Under the pieces are notes generated by a model. The model saw nothing but the letters and a program-made list of their open reading frames with translations, had not been told where the DNA came from and did no database searches. A stretch of 64,000 nucleotides of DNA from Gouania willdenowi (taxonomy: Eukaryota), in assembly GCF_900634775.1 (NCBI RefSeq), contig NC_041064.1, forward strand, positions 1,508,717 through 1,572,716, in the 5' to 3' direction. The position numbers and the translations under genes were made by a program. Below are positions 22,060 through 32,749 of this stretch, one piece after another (position 1 is the stretch's first letter; the number at the start of each line of letters is the position of its first letter).

Positions 22060-24230
22060 GTGTCTGTCAGAATCAGAATCAGAATCAACTTTATTGACCA
22101 AGTAATGTATTGAATACACATGAGGAATTTGTCTTGGTGAACCTGTGCTCTCTCTGATAGTGTAAACATTAAATAAAAACAATCAACTAGAATAAAGAAA
22201 AATAAATAAAAAAGAAGTATAACATAAATATAAATAGTTAGACTAAGAACAATCAACTAGAAAAAAGAAAAATAAATAAAAAAAGTTAAAATAAATATAG
22301 AGTACTTAGACTAATATGTGCAAACTAAATAAAATAACAAGATAATGATAATAGTAATAGTAATAATAATAATAATTATTATAATAATGAAATGAAATAA
22401 AAATACAATAATAATAATAATAATAAGATAATACTGCAGTAGTGCATTGATGAGTAGTGCAGGTGAACATTTAAATGAAAATATTATGTCCATGAACATT
22501 TTCAGTGACAGGTTGATCCAGGGTTGTTATGTTTAGTTCCAGGTTATTTCACAGTAACAGAAACAGGTCTGACACTCTATGACTGTTTAGTGTTGATCAG
22601 AGTGACAGCCTGGGGGAAGAAACTGTTTTTATGGCGGGTAGTTTTGGCGTACAGTGATCTGTAGCGTCTGCCGGAGGGGAGGAGTTTGAACAGATTGTGT
22701 GCAGGGTGTGAGGGATCTGCAGTGATGTTACCTGCCTGTTTCCTGACCCTGGACAGGTATAGGTCTTGAATGGAGGGCAGATCAACACCAATGATCTTTT
22801 CTGCAGTCCTGATTATCCTTTGTAGTCTGTGTCTGTCTAGTTTGGTTGTAGATCCAAACCAGACAGTGATGGAGGTGCACACAACAGACTGAATGATGGA
22901 GGTGTAGAACATGATCAGCAGCTCCTGGGGCAGGTTGAACTTCCTCAGCTGACGCAGGAAGTACATCCTCTGCTGTGCCTTTTTCCTGGTTGTGTCTATG
23001 TGGGAGGTCAACTTCAGGTCCTGTGAGATTGTGGATCCCAGGAACCTGAAGGAGTCCACGGTAGCCACTTTGCTATTCAGAATGGTAAGGGGGTGGGGGG
23101 GTGGGATTTCTCCTGAAGTCCACTGTCATCTCCACAGTCTTGAGCGGGTTCAGTTCCAGATGGTTCTGACTGCACCAGAGAGCCAGCTGTTCCACCTCCT
23201 GTCTGAAGGCAGACTCGTCCCCATCCCTGATGAGACCGATGATGGTGGTGTCGTCTGCAAACTTCAGGAGTTTCACAGAGGGGTCCCCTGAGGTGCAGTC
23301 ATTGGTGTAGTGGGAGAATAGAAGTGGGGAGGGAACACACCCCTGAGGGGCGCCAGTGCTGAGTGACCGGGTCCTAGATGTGATACTTCCCAGCCTTACT
23401 TGCTGCTTCCTGCCAGACAGGAAGTTGGTGATCCACTGACAGGTGGAGGCCGGCACTGTGAGCTGGGTGAGTTTCTGGTGAAGGATGTTCGGGATGATGG
23501 TGTTGAACGCAGAGCTGAAATCCACAAACAGGATCCTAGCGTAGGTCCCTGGGGAGTCGAGGTGATGCAGGATGTAGTTCAGTCCCATGTTGACTGCATC
23601 CTCGACAGACCTGTTTGCCCGATAGGCAAACTGCAGGGGGTCCAGCAGGGGTCTTGTGATGTCCTTCAGGTGGCTCAATACCAGCCTCTCAAAGGACTTC
23701 ATGACTACGGACGTCAGGGCAATGGGTCGATAGTCAATGAGTCCTGTGATGGCAGGTTTCTTTGGGACTGGGATGATGCTGGAACTTTTGAAGCAGGATG
23801 GTACTTCACACAACTCCAGTGATGTATTGAAGATCCGTGTGAAGATGGGAGCCAGCTGCTCAGCACAGGATTTCAGGCAGGAGGGAGATACTGGTCCTGG
23901 AGCCTTTTTGATCTTTTGTTTCTTGAATAGCTGGCACATATCTCTTTCATTGATCTTCAGGGCTGAGTCCAGGTGATGGGCTGATGCTAATGAGCTGGGG
24001 GGTGGGTGTGAAAACCTGCAGTAAAAGCTATTCAGGTCTTCAGCCAGTCATATTGTTACCTGCAGGGTGGGGGGAGGGTTTCCTGTAGTTAGTAACCTCA
24101 CACAGGCCTTTCCACACTTCTGAAGGGACTTTGTTTCAGAAGCTTTGTTTTAGCTTCTCAGTGTAGCACCTCTTGGCTACTCTGATCTCCTTGGTTAGTG
24201 TGTACTTAGCCTGCTTAAACAGGACCCAGG
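22060..24230 (-). mobile_element. 5'-truncated LINE (L2/CR1-like) 3' fragment nested inside DIRS-like copy A. The RT C-terminal half and (AAT)n / A-rich tail region lie at 22080..22450.
   Basis: RT ORFs 23073..23939 and 22577..23068 (-) have the FADDTT motif (…LLKFADDTTIIGLI…) and the common fish LINE C-terminus …LYLSRVRKQAGNITADPSHPAHNLF…QAVTLIN. The segment is absent from the otherwise collinear copy B (36130..36240 is contiguous). Confidence 0.7.
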
Positions 24231-25329
24231 ACATCTGTGCGCCGGCGAGCTAGTCCTCGCCCCACACCTTTGTCCGCTGTTACATGCTGGACGTATCAGC
24301 CCCGTGCGTGACACTGTCATGATGTAAGCATGTTCCTGCCCCACTGAGCTGGTGACGCTTGGTAAGCTTGTTTGCACTACTGGAGTTCCCATATCCCATA
24401 GTGAGACATCTCAAAAAATATTTTGAAATAGGACCATAGGTTACTTTCGTAACCCCGGTTTTATGAGTCATATGAGTGAGATGTCTCACCAGACTGCCCT
24501 TCTTTCTCGAACAAGGATAAAAGGTTTGTTGCTTACTAAGAATGACACGCATCTGTTCTTCCCCTCCTCTTATAGAAGGCGGGAGGTTCTCCCATCTGAC
24601 TGATGCGCTTCACCGGCCAATCAGGATTGACAAAGTGAAATAGGTATTCTGAAGAATATAGCAGAGGCGACATCCCACAGTGAGACATTTCACTCATATT
24701 ACTCATAGAACCAGGGTTACGTTAGTTTATGATATCTGTGAAAGTTGAGCATTATCTGGTTGAGCTATGAAAACTTTGAAAAAGGGTGCCACCCTTAACT
24801 GGCCTCATATTGGCTCTATTTTTTTACTCAATAACAAATACAAGTTCAAATTTGGCAAACTACAATACTTCCAAAACAACATACTCAGTTTAAAGTCAAC
24901 AAAAAATGTGCTCCTGCGATTTTGATATTGCTGGTGTACTAGCCAAATCCATGACTTGGCTACCTTGACAGGTTGATAAAGGGCTGAGTGACTGATGCGC
25001 CCACGGTGTACACCTTTCACTGTCAAGTTGAGATAAATCACGTACAACTTCTTGATGTATAATTATTTTGTCTTTATTTTATGCTTTATTGCTTCCAAAC
25101 TAATGTGTCCATTAAAACAATCAGTTCACCTGTAAACCTCTGCACTTCACATGGTATAGCATCAAACAGTGTTCGTGGTGTAGTGGTCTTGCGGTCAGAA
25201 ACCGTTTGAGCTCCACCCCATCAAGCAACCAACCCTTGTCCCGGAAGCGGCATCACATATACAGGTATAGTCTGTGATACGCTCAATTAAAACCCACACT
25301 TGTATACACCAATAAAATGGCCATTTCAG

Positions 25330-25520
25330 CTGGTATACCGTTTGAAGGTATAGGAATGGACCTCAGCAGGCCGTACGGTATCTGGGGTACCACTTGGGTT
25401 AACCCCAGTTCAAAAAAGACGTGAAGGGGTTCTAAGGTATGGCTGAAGTTAATTCTGAACTTTGCTGACCAGAAAGGTGCCTCAGATCCGGTCTAGTGGA
25501 CAAAACAGTGTCAGCAGGCG
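25330..25520 (+). pseudogene. Residual gypsy-like pol fragment (RT/RNase H junction) upstream of TAAR paralog 3
   Basis: Aligns to 37860..38110 and 54700..54950 (…ggtaccacttgggtt…cc.cagttcaaaaaagac.t.aaggggtt…aaaggtgcctcagatccggtc.agtgga…agtgtcagcaggcgtttaa.caggtaa). Confidence 0.5.
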
Positions 25521-25654
25521 TTTAATCAGGTAAATTATTTTCAAACAACCTTACAGAATAAGCAAAAACAACCCAGAGGTCAAATCATCTAAATATTAAT
25601 TCAAAAAGGAAGTTACCAGATCAAAGGAGGGCGGAGCAATGAAAAAAAAGGTTT

Positions 25655-25660
25655 TATAAA
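25655..25660 (+). promoter_or_regulatory. TATAAA box 44 bp upstream of the TAAR paralog 3 ATG
   Basis: Same conserved promoter sequence as the other copies. Confidence 0.5.
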
Positions 25661-25698
25661 TCAGTGCAACATTAGAGTGAGAGGCAGAGGGGTCAAAG

Positions 25699-26787
25699 AT
25701 GGCAACCGTTGATGACGCTGAGTTCTGCTTTTCAAATCTTAACTCATCGTGCAGGAGGATCGTGCGTCCTCACTCAGTCTCTGTGCTGATTTATATCACC
25801 CTCTCCTCCATCTCTGTGATGACTGTGTACCTCAACCTTCTGGTCATCATCTCCATCTCACACTTCAGGTATTTAAATATTCTTTCACAGTGTTTAGGAG
25901 GTTCTGTTTTCATAAAATCTGATCTGACTTTTCTTTATCTCTCACTTTTCAGGAAGCTCCACACTCCCACCAACCTCCTCCTCCTCTCTCTGGCTATCTC
26001 AGATTTCTTCGTGGGCATCCTTATGATCTTCCAAATATTACTTATTGATGGTTGTTGGTTGTTTGGGGCGCTGTTGTGTATTGTGTATTATTATTTGGAT
26101 TATATCTTCACCTCAGCTTCAATAGGAACAATGGTTCTGCTCTCAGTGGATCGCTACGTGGCAGTGTGTGAACCTCTGCAGTATCCCACTAAAGTCACAG
26201 CAAACAGAGTGAAAGTATGTGTTTCTCTGTGCTGGATCATTTCTGTTTTCTATCAATTTTACCTTTTTAAAGATAACCTGGAACAACCAGGCCAGTACAG
26301 CACGTGCCTTGGGGAGTGTGTAGTAGTTGTCAGTTATGTTGGTAGCATTGTCGATGTTATCCTGTCATTTATTGGACCTGTTATTGTCATCGTACTGATG
26401 TCTCTGAGGGTGTTTGTGGTGGCTTTGTCTCATGCTCATTCTATGCGTTCTCATGTTGCATCTGTGAGACCTGCACACGAGTCCCAATTCACCACAAAGA
26501 AATCTGAGCTTAAAGCTTTCAGCACAATCAGCGTTGTCATTGTGGTTTTCCTCCTGTGCACCTGTCCATATTTTTGTGTTTCTATGACTGGAGCAGACTC
26601 TGTTTTAAATGCTTCCACTTTGGCTTTTGTGATGTGTCTGTTTTACCTGAACTCCTTTTTCAACCCTCTGATCTATGCACTGTTTTACCCCTGGTTCAGA
26701 AAGTCCATCAAGCTCATTGTTACCTTTCAGATAATGAAGCCTGGCTCCAGTGATATTAACCTGCTGCACAGAGAGCGGAAACGCTGA
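25699..26787 (+). CDS. TAAR-family olfactory GPCR, paralog 3. Exons 25699..25868 and 25953..26787.
   Basis: Same motifs as paralog 2. Its distinct residues are IFQILLIDG, CIVYYY, ISVFYQFYLFKDN, TM6 CTCPYF. Confidence 0.9.
   Translation: MATVDDAEFCFSNLNSSCRRIVRPHSVSVLIYITLSSISVMTVYLNLLVIISISHFRYLNILSQCLGGSVFIKSDLTFLYLSLFRKLHTPTNLLLLSLAISDFFVGILMIFQILLIDGCWLFGALLCIVYYYLDYIFTSASIGTMVLLSVDRYVAVCEPLQYPTKVTANRVKVCVSLCWIISVFYQFYLFKDNLEQPGQYSTCLGECVVVVSYVGSIVDVILSFIGPVIVIVLMSLRVFVVALSHAHSMRSHVASVRPAHESQFTTKKSELKAFSTISVVIVVFLLCTCPYFCVSMTGADSVLNASTLAFVMCLFYLNSFFNPLIYALFYPWFRKSIKLIVTFQIMKPGSSDINLLHRERKR
25869..25952 (+). other. 84-bp in-frame intron of TAAR paralog 3
   Basis: CAG|GTATTT…TTTTCAG|G. Coordinates verified. 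Confidence 0.8.
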
Positions 26788-27179
26788 CAAAGCAGCCTTT
26801 GTTCTCCATCATCATCTTTAATTTGACATTAAAAAATGAATGTGTCATCAAATCAAATATTGCTGCAGGAGAAACACACTGACTCCTTAAGTTTGTCAAG
26901 GACATCATGTATTTATCAGGGCCCGACCACCAAAGGTGATGTGAATGCCCTATTGTTCCCGTAAGGATTTTTCTTATTCTAAATATTATAATTTTACCGA
27001 CAATTTACTTTGATTTTTTTTCTAATTTAGATTGTTTACAGTCAGGCCCCTAATGCTTTGAACAATGATACAATTTCCAGCATTTATCAGTGCAGTAAAG
27101 TTTAAACCAATGATTGTTTAATTCTGCTGCAGTCCAGCTTGTTTTCAGTGTCTCTTAGCTTTAACACAGTTGAATGTAT

Positions 27180-28365
27180 AAGCCTTATCACGCTCTCGCT
27201 CTGGTTCAATTCTTCCGCGATAGGTCAAAGGTCAAGAAGGATAAACTTGCCATGGCTGACGGTGTAGGAAGCGAGTCTGACAGAGATTTAAATATTTTTT
27301 GCCATTGTAGCGTTGATTCCTTAAATATTGTTTTTGTGCAAATGTGGCATCAGTCTCCAAGGCAGAAAGACCTACTTAGCTGCTAAAGCTAATGCTGCTA
27401 AAGCTAATGCTGCTAAAGCTAATGCTGCTAAAGCTAATGCTGCTAAAGCTAATGCTGCTAAAGCTAATGCTGCACACGAGCTGAAAATAAGTTTTTTCCT
27501 GACGTTTCAACAGTGACTCAGGTTATTGTCACATTTTGTGAACATGAATCGGCTGTTGACATGAAAGTGTTGTTTCACTTAATCAGAATCAGAAAATACT
27601 TTATTAAACACAGAGGGGTTCAATAAAGTATAAGTTTTGTATAAATGGCAAAGAGTGGTGTATTAAAAAAGCCACACAAATAATGATAATTATACACACG
27701 CAGAAAAAAGGAGCAATACGACACAAATTAAATGTGCAAATGAAACGACCTGTCCATCGTGCATTTCCTTCAACTTTGTAAAGTTAATTAATATAATAGC
27801 TTAATAAAAAAATAATCATATGGACCTGGTTAATGAATGGTATACCTCATAAATGTACTTTTTGAAAGTAAGAACTGTAATACCTGCCTGATCCACATCC
27901 TTGGTGTCATATAATGGTTCGTTTATATACATGTACATGTCTGTGATATGGAATTGTTAATCATGAAAACATTAAGATTAGACCAAGTCACTTTCCTTGT
28001 ATTTTTTAAACTCTACTTGGCAGTAAAAATATTCTGAAACAAACATAGTGTTTTATTACAACAGAGCAAGGCAAAAGATTACGCTGCCCATTTTTTAAAA
28101 TTTTTTTTTGCGACTCCTCGTCTATTAAAAGCACAAATACTTGTTGAAACTTATATGTTGAAAGCCAATCTAAATGTGTGACGGTCTGAGTGTTGCACTT
28201 GCAATATATTGAATGTCAGATAGATTAGGCCTACTTTTATTGTACCAAAAGTCAGCTGAAAATCTCAGCGCATAGCACAAACAGCGTCGTGTTGACATTT
28301 ATATCCCTCTTGACCTATGACCTCCGCTGATCGCGCATGTGCACTTCCAGAGTGTGAAAAGGCTT
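27180..28365. mobile_element. Second copy of the MITE-like TIR element, orthologous by duplication to 13325..14469. It carries the expanded minisatellite.
   Basis: Same TIRs and the same AT flanks. The minisatellite is at 27379..27472, with ~6 copies against ~3. Confidence 0.65.
27379..27472. repeat. 15-bp minisatellite (GCTGCTAAAGCTAAT)n, ~6 copies
   Basis: The ORF track shows the artefactual (AKANA)n reading at 27328..27516. Confidence 0.8.
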
Positions 28366-28986
28366 ATTGAGCAGAACTTTAGACGTTCAGCTGAACTGTT
28401 TAGGTGAATGCACTTTAGATGTATTTATGTTGGAGCAGAGGGTCATCAAGAACATGCAGAACAGTCACCCTCAGGAACCAGGAATGAGTCAACCTGGTTC
28501 TAAAAGTCCAAAGTAAATCAGAAATGCTGCCTGGCTCTTTTTTAAAGGTGTGTTTGATTCCTGGTGGTGATGTACGGAGCCTATATGTTAAATATAACAT
28601 CACTGTCTCTTTATTAGACCTGATTGTGTTTAATGAGTTGATTGTCTTCATGTCCCTATAATAACTGACATCTCTGTGTTTTTGACAATATTTGGAGATT
28701 ATTATTGTATTTCAGTCTTTATGTAAATGTTCCATCAGCCTGCGCACTGTAACGCTGTTTGTAGCTCTGAGCTTTTTTCACATTGGTCTCTAAATAAACG
28801 TTGCTTCATGAAAGTTTGTCCAGCAGAGTTTTCATCTTATTTACCAATGGACTGAACAGGGAAAAGACAAAGGACAGTTTGTAATAAATCCTGAAGCCCA
28901 AATATTTACAGATGTAAAGCTCCTCCTACATTTTACATGTGAGCTACTTTTTACTTTTACTCGAGTAGATTTTTCCACCAGTAACT

Positions 28987-29035
28987 GTGTGTGTGTGCAC
29001 GCACGCACACACACACACACGCACACACACACACC
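28987..29035. repeat. (GT)n/(CA)n microsatellite
   Basis: tgtgtgtgtgtgcacgcacgcacacacacacacacgcacacacacaca. Confidence 0.9.
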
Positions 29036-29474
29036 CCCTGTCACTCTCAATAATCAACTTACAAGCAAACGCTAGCATCAGGCGAACTACCAGAGAGGTG
29101 GTATATTTCCCTGCTTTGAAATGGAAGAAATGTAGGATGAGGGATTGACTTTCTCTGCTGTTGATATTTTACATTTCAGGTGCTGTGTCATGATCGTGGT
29201 GCTTCCAAGTCAGGTTATATCACTTTTGCAAAGCTAGCACGTCATTCTTTTTTTTAAATTTTTTTCTTTTGTTTGTTGAAGCGTGAAATACTCCCACATG
29301 TTTGAGGATTTCAGACTTTTTTTCTCTGTGTCGGTCATGTTTCTTTTTAAATTATGATTTTTTCAAACTTCGTTGACAAAGCTCTGCAGGTGAAGCAAAC
29401 GGCTCTGCAACATAGGGAGTAGGGTGGTTCACAAAATTTATTTTCACCAAATTTTTTCAGATCGCTTTTTGCTT

Positions 29475-31400
29475 TGTTCCAATTAACATTGTTAACCCCC
29501 CGCGTCGGGGGTGGTTGGTCTGCTGGTTGGGTGCGCCGTGCCCCGTGGGCGCTGTGCCGGGGCGGGGGTCCCCTGAGGGGTGGGTCTTTGGTTAAGGCGT
29601 CTTGGGACACATTCTCCTGCCGTCCACCCGGGAGCTGGTTGCGGTTCGGTGTGGCACCGAGCTGCCTTTGGCGGCGTTGGGGGGTGTCTCGTGTTGGTGT
29701 GTGTGTGGCCGGGGGTGGCCTCCGTGGGGAGGGGGGGTTGTGCTGGTGGCACTTGGTGTGGGGTGGCGGGACCTGGCTGGTGGTGCTTGGGTTCGCCGGC
29801 TTTTTGGGTGGTGGGTGGCGGGATGGCCCTGCTTAATAGCATCCTCTCTTGTCGGGGGGGTCAGTGCCGCCTCCCTGTAGAGGGCGTTGTATCGTCGTGC
29901 CCTGCGGGCCTGTGCTGGCCCTGATGTGGGCGCGGGCTTCTCTACTGCCACTCCCTGTTGCGGCAGGGGGGGCGCTTCGGGCTGGCGTGCGGCGGGGGTC
30001 ACCCCCTGGACTCCTGGGGGGTGTGGCTGGTGCCTGGCCGCGTCTCGGGGGTGGTGCCGCCATGCCCCGTGGGGTCTCCGGCCGTGCTGCTCGGCACGTC
30101 CCTGGGGTCCGCTGTGCCGCGTGCCTGTCTGCGCCATCTACCCTCTCCGGTGGCCCGCCGTGTGGACGGGCCGGGCTCGCACCAGACAGGCCTCCTAAAT
30201 GAACACCTCACTTCACTCCCAGCTGGTCTGGCTCACTCACTTGGTGAACCACACACCCATACCCAACCCTTGGGGGGCTGGATGATTGGGCTGGGGGTAG
30301 AGGGTGCCGCCGCCTATGCTACTAAATAGTGGCACGGGGTGGCATTCCCACCTCAAATTGCCCTACCAATCCCTCCAATTTTAATAGCACCTTAACACAC
30401 CACCCCCCGGAGGGTGCAACCACAACTTCCACCCTCCGAATCTATTGCACCTCATACACATATATACACAAAGGTTGGACAGGGAGCACTGGGCTTGGCC
30501 GGTCCTGGCGGGGGTCACCCGGGGTGGGTGGTGCGGGCCGCGCTCTTGCATACCAGTGGGTGCGGCGTGGGGTGGCCCCTGCTGGGGCGGTACCCGAATT
30601 ACCGCCTCTAGTTTGCGCACGCCGCATGCTGGTGTGGCGGTCTGGCTGGGCCCTTGGGGGTGAGTGGGGCGGGGGTGCGAACTTTACCAATTACTAAGGC
30701 GCATTGCGCTGGGGGTATAAAAAAAAGTGACCTGGGGTGTGTTGGGGGGCTGGGTTAACCTCGCCCCCCAAACCCTAACCCGTTGACGGGTGCCCGCCGG
30801 CGGCCCGTTTGTCGTGGCTCTGGTGGTTTGCTGAGCATGGGCCTTGGCCCCTCTGTTCAGGTCTCGGGCGGGGGGCTCTCCGGGCCCTCCCCTCGGGGGA
30901 TTGGGTGCGGGGGTGGGGGTGGTGGGGTGGATGTCGCCTTGGGGTTGGGGGCGGGGTGCGCCGGTTCTTCGGCTTCGGCCTAGGTGCTTTCTCGGGTGTG
31001 TATGTGGGGTGCAGTGGCTACCTCTCGACTTGGTGTCTTGAGGGTGTCTGGGGGGCTGCTCGGCCAGTGGGGGGTTGCCTGGGCTCCCCGGCCTCTGCTC
31101 TTTCTACTAATCTGGCTGCGTCCTTGGGTCCGGGGCAGCGCTTGGGTTTGCAGTGGCGGTTTCTTGCACATACATCTGTCTACGATGCGCTAGCATGCCT
31201 TGGACTGTGGGATAAAACTTGTAGTGGGCTTAACTTTAGACACGTTGATCCCAAATACCTGTTTCAGGTGTTACCACTCACTCCTTCCCTCTGTCCACAG
31301 CAACCACCATTATGGTTAAGCCTCACGCATACAACTTCACATCTCACTCCACTTTACAATAATCAACTCTTCCCCACCCTTCCATTTCTCTACCTTGAAT
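29475..31400 (+). repeat. Copy 3 of the GC-rich G+T-skewed repeat
   Basis: Collinear with 15665..17520. It has an extra ~57 bp at 31085..31145, which copy 1 also has but copy 2 lacks. Confidence 0.55.
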
Positions 31401-32749
31401 CTCTCCTGTCTGCTCCCTTCATCTCAGCACAGTTCTCACAGTCTGTTGTCTGATGACATGGAAATGATCTTGGCGAGATCTGATTCAGAAACAAAGTTCC
31501 TAGGTGGTAGCAGTGATGGAGAGAGGAGGGGACGCAGCGTCATTCGGCACAAACATCCTGGAGAATAGAGAGAAAAGCCAGCCTTGACACAGCTGGTTGT
31601 ATGGGGGAGCCACTGAAAATAACAATTGTTTTCGGCCAGGCTAAGTACAATTTCTGTCAGCCTTGAGTTCTCTGGGTCTCGGAGCAATATATCCAATATG
31701 GTGGCCATTAACTTTTGAGCTGGGCTGTCAACTTCTCCAAGTTAGATTCCATCCCGCGTAGAAGATCAAAAGTTTCATCCTGCTTGCTTTTTAGTTCCTT
31801 TATTGCATGAGTCTAAGTGTTAAGAGCCCTGCACACTCCATTAGTCATGACAGGCAGTCTTCCCAAAACAGCTGCCAACATTGTGTGAACTTTGCAATGA
31901 ATCAGAAAACTGCCAGCTCCAAACAGCAGAACACCTGTTATCATCAAATTATGTAAACGTCTTAAATATCCTCAATGGAAAGGATCTGCCATTCCTGCCA
32001 GGAGTCCATTGTGTATCCGGCTGTGAACGTTCTGTCAGGACAGGCAGGCTTTCCTCTGCTCATTCTTTTTGTCAAAAAAACGTGGTCGATTTTATTGAGA
32101 GACCAGCTGATCAATTCCATAATTTCAGTTTTGGATAGCAATGCAGAGAGAAGCTCCTATTGCATTCTGACATAAGAGAGTACAAGACAAAAGAGCAGAA
32201 AGCAGGGCAGATACATAAGGAGAGGGGGGAGCAAGGTAAGAAGAAAAAGTTCAGATGAAGAGTTTTGCTTACGGGGTAACGCCCACCAAGCACAGTGCTT
32301 CTAATAATTATGATTAAGAGACTGGAGGCAAAACCAGCAATATCTCACATGCAAGAATAAAGAAGCAAGGTTCATCTGAAGTTTCTGACCCTTTATTGAC
32401 AACAACACAGGACAGAGAGGGTGTATCCAATCTTCAGGATGCTGCATCTTTCACAATGACAGCAAAGTGCTGATGTCAACAATTACTCAATCAATTCAGC
32501 AGCTGTGCATAGAGCTCACTATAGGAATAGAGCAAAGGTGGCATCTCAGTGGGAGTCTTAAGTTTTTCGTGATCCACCTTTTCATTGGTATGGGAAACTA
32601 TTGCCTCAAGCCTGCCAGCGCAACCATGACGACAGGGATGTAGTCATTGCCAGTGGGGTAGATTTTGAAGAACTTTTGGAAGTCCTAGTGACAGCTGATG
32701 GGTCTGGAAAAGAGGCGAGTGACATAAAATAAGTTTGTTTAGTATAAAT

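Larger units (their letters stand above)
18900..24740 (+). mobile_element. DIRS/Crypton-type tyrosine-recombinase (YR) element, copy A. It is decayed, has no RT, and is bounded by ~170-bp inverted terminal repeats. Its YR gene is interrupted by a nested LINE insertion.
   Basis: The left terminus 18950..19110 is the reverse complement of 24540..24665 (…gatgggagaacctccc.cct.cta.a.gaggaggggA.gaacag.tgcgtgtcatt…). There are additional nested hairpins at 24400..24500 and 24665..24740. Internal YR ORFs are at 20522..21933. Confidence 0.6.

Noticed and set aside
25170-25235. tRNA-like stretch gttcgtggtgtagtggtcttgcggtcagaaaccgtttgagctccacccc (also 37195..37250)
   Set aside because: It has some resemblance to a tRNA D-arm, but I cannot fold a cloverleaf with an anticodon and T-arm by eye. 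It is part of a duplicated flank, so it is possibly a SINE remnant. It is not callable as a tRNA gene.
27328-27516. ORF encoding (AKANA)n
   Set aside because: Translation of the 15-bp minisatellite inside the MITE-like element. The copy number differs between duplicons.
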